Shown: positions 20,501 to 27,683 of the stretch, one piece after another
How the letters are laid out: each line of letters starts with the position of its first letter
How positions within the stretch are numbered: the stretch's first letter is position 1
Assembly (NCBI GenBank): GCA_900128565.1
Contig: LT635949.1
Location: 1-34,852, forward strand
From: Stramenopiles sp. TOSAG23-6
Lineage: Eukaryota
DNA length: 34,852 bases
Reading direction: 5' to 3'
Notes under the pieces: model-generated
Database searches by the model: none
Told to the model about the DNA's origin: nothing
The model's input: only the letters and a program-made list of their open reading frames with translations
Program-made: the position numbers and the translations under genes

Positions 20501-21405
20501 AAATTACTTCTATGACTCCTTGCTTTTTGAGTTAATTCATGAATTTGAGATCTCACAGAAACATCTTCCACAATACTATTATTATCAATATTCTGATCAC
20601 TGTCAATGTTATTTTTACTACCAGTAGGAGATGTAGAACCAAAAAAAGAACCACTATAAAGACTTTTCGATGTATGTATTGATTCGCTATTTGTAGTCGT
20701 TTTCAATATTTTGTCTATTGTTTCGCCAATTATTTCGATTTCTTCTTCTAAATTTTTTATCGCAATGAGTGAATATTGTAATGCATCATAATGCTGTTGA
20801 TTTGAAGCCAATAATGAACTCATATTTAGTGACGTAACTGCAATCAATGGCCGACATCCTACACCATTTTTTATAGAATCACTTTCCATATTTTTATGAC
20901 CATCTGGTAAAGAACTTGCTATAGAATATGCTCTATCCAAGTGTTTCATTGCTAGCTTTGGTTGAGCAATCAACTGATAAAATAGAGCGAAATTATTGCT
21001 AGTAGTCACGTGTGCTCGACCAACGTTAGCGTAAAGATACATTTTCTTCTCTTTCATGGCGGTATTGTTAAAAGAAGGGGAAGCTAAAGAAGAAGGAATT
21101 ATTCCAGTAGTGTTTTGATCATTCCAAGGTGGCAAAATTGACGCAGCTTCGACTAAATATCTACGTATCAATTGATATTTTGAAGCATTGCGACGCTCTA
21201 TATATTGTCTAGCAACATGATTTAGGTGCTCTGTAAGTAATAAAGTTTGAGATATCGTATTTATAGACTGAAGACCGCTTTCTTTACGAACAAGTAGCAA
21301 AGATCGCTTACTTTGTTCAATCGACTGTTCTAATTTCCCTTTATTCCACAAATCAGTAGCTTCATCTTCACTTTGTTGAACTGACTCGCTTTGTACACCA
21401 TGCAT
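14539..21405 (-). CDS. 2288-aa multidomain protein: TPR-like N-terminus, low-complexity region, SAM-like domain, EF-hands, several IQ motifs and a C-terminal EF-hand pair
   Basis: Uninterrupted ORF with TPR-like helices (NNFALFYQLIAQPKLAMKHLDRA; AYHSHGSQLEKLGRVSEAKAMHEQAL) and a SAM-like segment (MFLSSLNMSSFISKFWQHNIT...LGIRRVGDRLRL). IQ motifs are IQSIGRGYLTR, LQSFHRGRLTR and IQSTYRAAKTR. EF loops are DINNDGYVEWTE, DTFNSGMVSYED and DTDGDGYMTANE. Confidence 0.85.
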   Translation of the reverse strand: MHGVQSESVQQSEDEATDLWNKGKLEQSIEQSKRSLLLVRKESGLQSINTISQTLLLTEHLNHVARQYIERRNASKYQLIRRYLVEAASILPPWNDQNTTGIIPSSLASPSFNNTAMKEKKMYLYANVGRAHVTTSNNFALFYQLIAQPKLAMKHLDRAYSIASSLPDGHKNMESDSIKNGVGCRPLIAVTSLNMSSLLASNQQHYDALQYSLIAIKNLEEEIEIIGETIDKILKTTTNSESIHTSKSLYSGSFFGSTSPTGSKNNIDSDQNIDNNSIVEDVSVRSQIHELTQKARSHRSNLVIAYHSHGSQLEKLGRVSEAKAMHEQALAIHLSDNLLTQTNADKSIVSETLQKAVLNSESVTNNTIDVENNDTIDVENNNTIDVENTDTIDVENNDTIDVENNNTIDVENNNTIDNENDNSTDVAKNTTDSDNTKYVDPRPMRGLDALQQNIPNWKKYIIESNSNDMETSIKKLKEKKSPVKQVKSSVKPIKSSIKQTKSPIRQRKTLIQQTKSPIKYKAPLKYTKVPMKQIKTPMFDKVNNQLGDFTPVKSSADDVLNKNGTIHFAVTPDINHSNVMSQSLSLITEVKANTDWHKKQQKSMLKELGKSYLDEKTVNQRYKVFRNKIFKKRTKVKKKSKDLQKKRNKKKAHTNNDSFVPPLKTSWNNIHKSRIPVKGPDGNMHDAEFLVPQTLLVGPRVGKNGNNENPYMTIMAMDKPVSTPDITSLSLNVPPEYEKTTASHINKSTKETKGKSTEETKGKNEQLKTPDSSFIKLTDTSRRQCSPIRRADYNRFMSRIQNKNIAKHHSSGMGKAIKNNIEPMGIKIKKKSTKKKIIRKPRPFSAVHKKQSNKYKRRPYSAKPTRYTSQQRTINERDSSINIRTALQSPYQYSNEKQNPYTLLLLRNHGDPSSANLKYLENFLKLSTVEIERKIRQKPNVKTTKSYSLMDRKNNSKKNGKERKIYVPRKGTNIPLGRRPQTSSALISKKNSRKIKSASGARRVASLQRHDAQTLPPSVEPSVEPSPSVVHPRDVIVEMFLSSLNMSSFISKFWQHNITSDALLAMKASILGTDIDDRKGIIGDQTKNILHNEKVGSERDVYIDHILSTKLGIRRVGDRLRLKHALAGFHVEDWSEEAVNLRKVALLKKDKLQNLKIINLDENAPSTEQFPQSTQDNINENDNSRYSTIFGDYEDVLTSALLPAIARISQNAKSMKSLKFSVLGQLRVSELRPIWQSYNKDGKGKLQINHAVDMFTMIFLYMKKCIGACRKYQKLRNQIIEINKQTEYGEIPNYDRIKDTVNLYVKSLSNEIMDEWQMQSKLDAEMTVTVTDINNDGYVEWTEIINSHTGLLGHDTDILQVESTEKKIKSSAKQKKQNKKKIKSIKSTKNKEKNNVEKIVPVRHQRLKRTKQKQRLKSRSKTEETEAPKLKQRNAIVKSAQSEQKSRNQTEEKAESEKKSEKKLKKIKKVKEKSALKSALKSDLPVPYPGRSPQAKKRIQSIQNTCDNNNIQKTMKNDIHDNDNIQKTVKNDIHGNNSIQKTVENDIHDNNNYLDSSDYITSAIQIQSIGRGYLTRNIGKKLKQHEQKQTIAAIRLQSFHRGRLTRGTLCTRNKAALLLQRIIRASAVRKDMLHKNRSALQIQTYARIVIACRKVATIKIERKREGDYQRKTACARYDIKKGHNDSMKVLQKSEAIKRGNVVVAVVDLNSNTPNELNTINDLASGSSIEYDDDERVDQKGNKNKKHKTHKNASQIIGQTCHKYILRTHARLKVAVTLQALYKQYDKKRTINNHNNAAIVIQSTYRAAKTRNFVKMKKRASRGGGRVGFADDKINAARLERDRLRGQYTQEIELAIARQKAQKARRTRKIRLHSPTNVTFSLDSTKDMTDESKQKTTINNTIDKNDDTIDTNELLQKLSSGAAFLRVRGINMRKLLRCTDSIDPMKRVGALPTKTFCKVLTPILMDFLSLPEINQLAKNFDTFNSGMVSYEDFVTCSLDIKYKTKFNKLEICSVRKIQKMVRLKRNILIATTAYADKINNVDNDNNIEVNNDMGSIDNNNNMNAIENNDLIDIDNNNIMHDIDDTNINQNDFFLDFSQEIENVKERARNRAAIVIQQHVRNQQNKNDSTDTNNDTIDINNNNIDTNSYTVDINNNNNIENINNIDTNSYSVDVNNNSIENNNDSIDTNSDSSYDENEEKYDPHEILDAMTQQERLEFKWKTSFNLCDTDGDGYMTANELKHWLCGLGHEVDIYDARELLDIGSGGNGSGKLTFTAAKGILLGLGGESST
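20155..20312 (-). repeat. Coding 24-nt minisatellite encoding (N[ND]TIDVEN)n, about 6-7 copies
   Basis: Repeated TTCTCAACATCTAT units on the plus strand. The translation shows NNTIDVEN/NDTIDVEN repeats. Ends are approximate. Confidence 0.85.
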
Positions 21406-21715
21406 TATTCTAATATATGACTGTGCATATATCTATAATCAAATGTTAAAGCAAAATGGAGAAAGTGAATACAATTCAGAACAGAACCTTGCGTATAACA
21501 ACGTGGTAGTAAACTATTAGTAATTTTTACTCTAGCTACTGGTACAAGCCTAATAACACTATAACGCTAATAATTGGTAACGGCCAAAAAATAAACGGAT
21601 GAACAAACCGAACAAACCTGTTGTTCTCTTCGATTTTGAAATTGAATGAAATGAAATGAAAGAATTCAATTTGATTTACTTTAGTTGATCTTTTACTAAT
21701 GCCAACATCAACACA

Positions 21716-22306
21716 ATGGATCGGATAACATGCTCACAGGAGGAAGAACACATTTCTTCATCAGATGATGATCTTCCAAGTCTTGCAAATAGACTACGTT
21801 GCAAAATGTCATCAAATATTTCTTTCTTAGTTGTATCGTCAACAATAGCTGACCTTCAAACAAAAAATGGCGAGAAAATCGTCACTGCACTATCGAAAGC
21901 ACAGCGAAGAGCATATCGAAAAAAAGCTCGACAGGATAACTTACGGAGTACTCAGTACAATGTTGATATTACAAAAAGTGGAAAAAATTTAAAGAAAGAA
22001 AATAAATTTAGCCTGAATATAGATGAGAATCATAAGAAAACAAATTATAATAAAAGTGTGGTGAAGACAACTTTGCCATCTAGTGTGTCAAGTGTACCTA
22101 AAGCATTACACGCCAAACGTCCCGTAATCTCTACCATTGACAGTGAACCAGCCATAAAAAGACAAAAAGCAAAAAATGCAATAGATTCAAAATTAACAAA
22201 AAGTGCAATAGATTCAAAATTAACAAAAAGTGCAATAGATTCAAAATTAACAAAAAATCCATGGTCACTATCTCTACTAAAGGGAAAAAAAAAAGTTGCA
22301 AGTTAA
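21716..22306 (+). CDS. Basic low-complexity protein, function unknown; possibly a partial duplicate of a locus at the right window edge
   Basis: 196-aa ATG-initiated ORF, divergent from the 2288-aa gene. Its last codons are duplicated exactly at 34798-34852 on the minus strand. Confidence 0.55.
   Translation: MDRITCSQEEEHISSSDDDLPSLANRLRCKMSSNISFLVVSSTIADLQTKNGEKIVTALSKAQRRAYRKKARQDNLRSTQYNVDITKSGKNLKKENKFSLNIDENHKKTNYNKSVVKTTLPSSVSSVPKALHAKRPVISTIDSEPAIKRQKAKNAIDSKLTKSAIDSKLTKSAIDSKLTKNPWSLSLLKGKKKVAS
22177..22257 (+). repeat. 27-nt coding tandem repeat x3 (AIDSKLTKS)
   Basis: TGCAATAGATTCAAAATTAACAAAAAG at 22177, 22204 and 22231 (the last copy ends in A). Confidence 0.95.
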
Positions 22307-22389
22307 AGTAAAAAAGACGAAAGAGATCGGACAACCATTTTTTCTTCTCTAAAAGAAGAACACTAACTATACTATATACATTTTTGATT

Positions 22390-24444
22390 TTATAAACGAC
22401 ACCTAATCGTTTCTTGAATTCTATAATTCTGTTTTTCATTATACTGCTGCTCTCTTTTTCCAGTAGTAGTTTTATATTTAATTCCCAAGTTGCCGACAGC
22501 AAAAACATTCTGTGGATCAACAGCACTCTTGAAACCAGACAGCATATTCATGCCGACATTAGAAATAACTCGTGGCATCCATTTTTGTCGTATCTTACCG
22601 ACACCATGATGATGCGACAAAGCACCACCACACGCCAATACTTGATTTCGTGCGTTTGTCTCTATTGTTTCAAATAAATGAATCACTTCTTCTGCAGCCT
22701 CTTTTTCGTGCTTTCCTCTTTTCTTAAATTCATCAAAAACATGTCCAAATGGCATGGCCACATAAAAATATATAGCAGCCCCAGACGCATATGTTTGAGT
22801 CACTCGACAACATACAAATGGATCACCTGGAATACCTAAAGTGGAAAAACTTTGAGCAATATTCTGCTTCACTAATGTACACAACTCATTCACTCTTCCC
22901 CAAGGAACTGAAGTTTCAAAACTTTCAGCCAATAAACCATAATTCATTCCAAAATCTCTAATGTAAGCGATTAAATACGTAAGTAAATATCCGCGCATAC
23001 CATTCTCACTGCCACCATTCATTCCACCATATTTTTTAACAATACTAAAAACATTTCTTTGTTGTTGACGAACCTGATCGCCAGTGCCCTCAAAAAGAAG
23101 AGTCATTGCCACCATTTTTTCTGGGTTAAAGCCTTTATATTTCGTGACATAAAACTTTTTTGCTGAATCAACAACGTGATCATATAGAGGAGTCGCACTC
23201 GTAGGTTTCATTACTCTACCAAGTTGAAATTGTAAATTATCCATTAATCGTATTGAAGCAGGTTTGTTTGTCGCCGATGAAGATACATTGGCTACTTCTT
23301 TCATGGCAGAAACCCCAGCTTCAAATGATGGAAAAATAACCGAACCATACTCACATACTGCAGGCAATTCTTGTAATTTAACCACACATTCTGTAATAAC
23401 ACCAAACATTCCTTCACTACCTATAATCATTTCTATCATATCTGGACCAGTAGACACTCTACCTCCTTCACGACAGGTAAGTTCCAATGTCCCCGTTGAA
23501 GTTACAACACGTACATTAAGAATAATATCTTCAATATTGCCATACTTATTTTTCTTCATTCCTGATGCCCTTGTAGCAACCCAACCACCCAACGTCGAAA
23601 ACTCCGATGAATCAGGCTCATGACCTAACTTTAACCCTAATTGTGAAAGTTCTTCCTCCAGTGAAATACCAACTGCTCCAGCCTGAATTTTTGCCGTCAT
23701 TGACTCACGATCTATCCATAAAATATTATTCATTTTTTTCATATCAAGTACAACAACCATGCGACCTAAGGATTGATCCGACATACATTGAAGCGCCCCT
23801 GTAACGTTGGTACCCCCACCATACGGGATAATACATACGTTATGAGTGATTGCAGCTGTAACAATAGCTACGACATCTTCATGTGAACGAGGGTAAATTA
23901 CACAGTCAGGTGCAATGTGATACTGTTTTACGTTCTTCGTTGCAATATTTGAACTTTTCATATTTGATTTATCACGGTCTAAATCTGAAATCACAGAAGA
24001 AGGACCGGAAGGATAATCACAAGGAGTTCCCCATCGTAAATTCATCATCTCTTCTGAAGTTTGACCGTGAGAGTGCTTTAATCGAACTTTGTTATCTATA
24101 GATATTGCACCAAAACAAGGAGAAATTGCACCTCTTTCAGGTTCGTCGATGCAAATTTCCCCTAGTTCAGTGACCCCAATGGCTCCCAAAAATTGTTTAT
24201 TCAAATATGGAACAGGAAGAACAGGAGGTCCAGATCGACCTTTGTTTGGATTATTTAGATCCATCATAGGAAATCGTTCCTTGATAAAAGAGATAAATTT
24301 TGGAAGTACACGACCAGCAGAAAATATAGAGGCAAAACGCTTACCAGTGATATAAATAGAACTTGATGCTGAAGAGGCAGTACCATCGACAGCAAATGCT
24401 GTATCTTCGAAACCCCAACCATTCCAACGCTCATGGTCTGACAT
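22390..24444 (-). CDS. AGPS: Alkyl-dihydroxyacetonephosphate synthase (FAD-linked, ether-lipid synthesis)
   Basis: Motifs WNGWGFEDT, HSHGQT, IIPYGGGTNV, GHEPDSSEFSTLGGWVATRASGMKKNKYGNIED, GSEGMFG, ESFETSVPW, CRVTQTY and LSHHHGVGK. The protein ends in CRL. The first ATG is at 24444. Confidence 0.95.
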   Translation of the reverse strand: MSDHERWNGWGFEDTAFAVDGTASSASSSIYITGKRFASIFSAGRVLPKFISFIKERFPMMDLNNPNKGRSGPPVLPVPYLNKQFLGAIGVTELGEICIDEPERGAISPCFGAISIDNKVRLKHSHGQTSEEMMNLRWGTPCDYPSGPSSVISDLDRDKSNMKSSNIATKNVKQYHIAPDCVIYPRSHEDVVAIVTAAITHNVCIIPYGGGTNVTGALQCMSDQSLGRMVVVLDMKKMNNILWIDRESMTAKIQAGAVGISLEEELSQLGLKLGHEPDSSEFSTLGGWVATRASGMKKNKYGNIEDIILNVRVVTSTGTLELTCREGGRVSTGPDMIEMIIGSEGMFGVITECVVKLQELPAVCEYGSVIFPSFEAGVSAMKEVANVSSSATNKPASIRLMDNLQFQLGRVMKPTSATPLYDHVVDSAKKFYVTKYKGFNPEKMVAMTLLFEGTGDQVRQQQRNVFSIVKKYGGMNGGSENGMRGYLLTYLIAYIRDFGMNYGLLAESFETSVPWGRVNELCTLVKQNIAQSFSTLGIPGDPFVCCRVTQTYASGAAIYFYVAMPFGHVFDEFKKRGKHEKEAAEEVIHLFETIETNARNQVLACGGALSHHHGVGKIRQKWMPRVISNVGMNMLSGFKSAVDPQNVFAVGNLGIKYKTTTGKREQQYNEKQNYRIQETIRCRL

Positions 24445-24726
24445 CTTGTGTATCACTCACCACCAGAAATATTTAACGCAAAGACAATACTGTGGCAAAA
24501 TAATTGTGTGTGTCTACAATTTTCGTCTCTGCTACGTATTTCTTTTCATTGACATTTTTTTTGTGTGAATATTTTCGAAGTTCCTCAACAACACGAAAAC
24601 AAACGAAAAAAATGAAAAAAAACGAATTCAGGAACGACATCATCTTCTTGATTTGAAAAAACAAGGTTCTCTTCTTTTATGTAAACACTACCTTCAGTCA
24701 AAAACATAAGAACAACTTCAAGAATT

Positions 24727-25975
24727 ATGGCGAAGGGACATGGTCTTAATTCATGCTACTTGGCAATTTATTATGCAACGTTATCAATAGTTTGGTTAAG
24801 CTTAGCAGTATATGCTTCATTATTTTACGAAACTTATGAAGAAAACTGTTCCGCGACTTGTCCGCTTGTTACTTTAGATGTTGCCTATGTTAATGAAAAA
24901 ATTGCAGCAGGGGACCAAAGAGTAATAGACTTCTATGGTGGTGCAACATATAATAATGATCCAATTAATACAGTATCTTCAAAATTTTGTTACAGATCGG
25001 GGGCAATATGTCTTAAAAAACCTGAGACCGATGGACAATTGCGTAACCAGTGCGAAGTTTACAGTGAAATTTATAATCTGACAGCAGCAGACGCTTGGAA
25101 ATACAAGTGCTTGATTTGCGATGAAACCAATCAGTCTAGAGTCTTATGGCCTTCTTTAACAACATCACTAGAGAGTTTTTGGAACGTAGCACAACCTTGC
25201 GGCGAAGTAAGTATAGTACCTGGAATACCAGAGACGGATATCCCCACAGCGCTTTTTCCAGATATGCCAATCGACTCTCGTCAAGAAAAAGGCTATTTCA
25301 GGTATCCATTCGGTGTAGGCGATTATACAATGTGTTATAACTTTGATGAACCAAGTGATTTCTGGATTACTGTAGCAAAATTGTCTCTTAAAATTTCTAT
25401 TTATATTTTTTTCATTAATTCAACTTTAGGTTTACTATCAGCGGCGATACTGGCAACGTTTCATAAAGTACTTTTAAGCGATTGGAATAGACTGTCACTT
25501 CCCAAGCAATGTGCTTCATACTTATTGACAATTATGATGAAATTACTTAAAATTTCATGGTTGATTGGTTTCTGCGTTTCCTTTATTGCTTTAGGTACTA
25601 ATGGATTGGATAAAACTTGCGTTTTTCAAGAAACTGAATTAGGGTCCGTTGATGTTTATCCAAAGGCAGAAGCGTTTTGTTGGGCCTCATTTATTTCTTA
25701 TTTATTAGTACTCATCTATCGTAATTTTAGAAGGCAAGATATTGTGTGTTGTCTATTTTAATTTCAAATATATTTTTTTATTGAAAATTTCTAACCTGAC
25801 GAATTTCAAACTTATAACATATTTTCTTACTATACTTATCGGTGATGTGCAGTTTATGTATATACCATATGAACTATCGCCAGTTAGATCTGATGATAAG
25901 TGTGACTGTGGAAGTTTCTATCGTGTTTTTTTACAACCATGCTTTGTATATTTTGAAAAATATGTCGGCCCATAA
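24727..25975 (+). CDS. Multi-pass membrane protein with a Cys-rich luminal loop; exons 24727-25743 and 25838-25975 (about 384 aa)
   Basis: N-terminal TM, a Cys- and N-glycan-site-rich loop, then three further hydrophobic helices. The two overlapping ORFs join in frame once the family intron is removed. Confidence 0.7.
25744..25837 (+). other. Non-canonical intron, GT...TT, 94 nt (family member 4)
   Basis: It starts GTGTGTTG, contains AATTTCAAA and AACCTGAC, and ends ATATTTTCTTACTATACTT. Cutting at the end of the 19-nt block gives the in-frame join RQDI|IGDVQF. A CAG at 25850-25852 is an in-frame alternative. Confidence 0.55.
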
Positions 25976-26114
25976 ATTATTGAAGACTAATAAAAATATA
26001 CTCTTGTAGTTTCTGTATTTTATTAAAGAAACACCTTCCAAGGAAACAGAAGATTTGATTGCAAATCATAGTTTTATACATACAACATACTAAAAAATAG
26101 TAGACATATTGATT

Positions 26115-27332
26115 TCAAACTCGAAGTCGCATAGCTTCTAATTTTTTCTTTTTCCTGTCAATTATCTTTTGCCTAGCTGCAGCTCTTGCATCAACAACAA
26201 CACCAGCTTCGGATTCATATTTTTTTATAATTGATGAGAAAACAGATTTTTTAAGCATACGATCTATCTGACCAAGCAATCCTAAATTTGGTTCATTTCC
26301 TTTTTTTTTTAATATTTTTGAATCAATTATCTTCGACATTCCAAAGTCGATCAACTTAAATGTTCCGAAATGATCCATCATCATATTTTTACCAATATTA
26401 TCATCATTATGAAGAATTTCAGCAGCGCTGAGATCACGGACTAACTTTTCAATTTGTTTGGCTTGAGAAGATTTCAATGTCTTATTCTGTTCCATGATGA
26501 CGTCCTCTAAAGTTTTATAAAGTTTTTCCATAACAAAACAACGATTATTGGCGTCAATACTCCAAGTAGATACAATTTTAGGTGCAAGACCAAGCGCAGC
26601 CGCTTTCTTCTGAAATGCAATTTCTTTACGAATATTAGTAGTAGATTTTGTTGGTTTAAAAACCTTCATGGCATATTTTTGTCCATCTTTAAGCGAGAGA
26701 ACGAGAAATACTTGACCATCTTTTCCCTCAGCACCTAAAGTTGAAAGTGGTCGGAATTCATTTCGAGCCGACTGACTACAACTTTTCAATAAACGAGAGG
26801 TATCAAAATTTTCCACCTGTGGATCTTCATTATCAGACAAGGAAGTTATTTCGATACCATTTTGAAGAGTTTGAAATTTTCTTTGGCCTCTTTTTGTATA
26901 TTTTTTGGACTTTGATGTAGCTTTTTCATGGTTGACTGTAGCATCATCTTGAACAGAAGATAGACTATCGTCGTCTGATGTATTTGACTGCAAATTAGAG
27001 CTTTCTCTCGCCAGCTCAAGAAGAAGACGTTCAACCAATTCTGCCTTTCGCCCACTTACTTTGCAACCTAGTTTTGAAAGTTCAGCTTTTAACTCAACTA
27101 CTTTCATTTTTTTGACTTCTTTAGAGTGTATTCGCCCTAATTCCAGTGCGGCATCCGAAATACTTGGTACAGCTTTTACTTTTGCCATTTCAGTTCGAGT
27201 AGACTTTTTTCTACTAAAATTTTGCTGAACAACTTCAGATTCATCGTCAGAAGACCCCGTTATGTCGCCATTTGCAATACGGTAACTAAGCGGACCACGG
27301 CAAGATCTTTGACGTTGACCTCTAATTGTCAT
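26115..27332 (-). CDS. SAP-domain protein fused to a short atypical protein kinase domain
   Basis: SAP motif VKKMKVVELKAELSKLGCKVSGRKAELVERL. Kinase motifs are LGAEGKDGQV, YAMKVF, EIAFQ, VMEKL, LHNDDNIGKN and LIDFGMS, with no APE motif. Confidence 0.8.
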   Translation of the reverse strand: MTIRGQRQRSCRGPLSYRIANGDITGSSDDESEVVQQNFSRKKSTRTEMAKVKAVPSISDAALELGRIHSKEVKKMKVVELKAELSKLGCKVSGRKAELVERLLLELARESSNLQSNTSDDDSLSSVQDDATVNHEKATSKSKKYTKRGQRKFQTLQNGIEITSLSDNEDPQVENFDTSRLLKSCSQSARNEFRPLSTLGAEGKDGQVFLVLSLKDGQKYAMKVFKPTKSTTNIRKEIAFQKKAAALGLAPKIVSTWSIDANNRCFVMEKLYKTLEDVIMEQNKTLKSSQAKQIEKLVRDLSAAEILHNDDNIGKNMMMDHFGTFKLIDFGMSKIIDSKILKKKGNEPNLGLLGQIDRMLKKSVFSSIIKKYESEAGVVVDARAAARQKIIDRKKKKLEAMRLRV

Positions 27333-27683
27333 ATTAATTTGTTGTTCTTGTATTTTTACGTGCTCTCGCGAATTGAGTTTTGTTAGTTTTGTTTTGCAAT
27401 TTTTGATGGATTTTTTAAATTTTTTTTATTTGATTGATGTTGACACTTTGCGGTTTGCTTTCCTTTGATATCTTCTTCTCATTTATTATAACATTTTTCA
27501 TTACATATAGTCTGTGGTAAAGACTTAAAGTATTAACATCGACAAACATCATAACAATCTTAAATAATAATTCGGATAATTCGTACAATAAAAAAAGAAA
27601 ACACTTTTAACCAAAGATACTGGGCTGATATAGCTAAAATCTCTACTTTATTATATTATTTATGAGTGTTTTCTGTCAACATA

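Noticed and set aside
15575-20627. Many short hydrophobic antisense ORFs (also 8136-8699, 31626-32111, 22131-22526)
   Set aside because: These are shadow frames of Lys/Asn-rich sense genes with no independent motifs.
20155-22257. Tandem repeats as CRISPR-like arrays
   Set aside because: There are no unique spacers. The unit lengths of 24 and 27 nt keep frame inside eukaryotic ORFs, and no cas genes are present.
22806-22816. GTATGTTG inside AGPS as another family donor (similar case in NAA40 near 29830)
   Set aside because: It encodes the conserved VCCRVTQTY and is not followed by the branch motif or end block.
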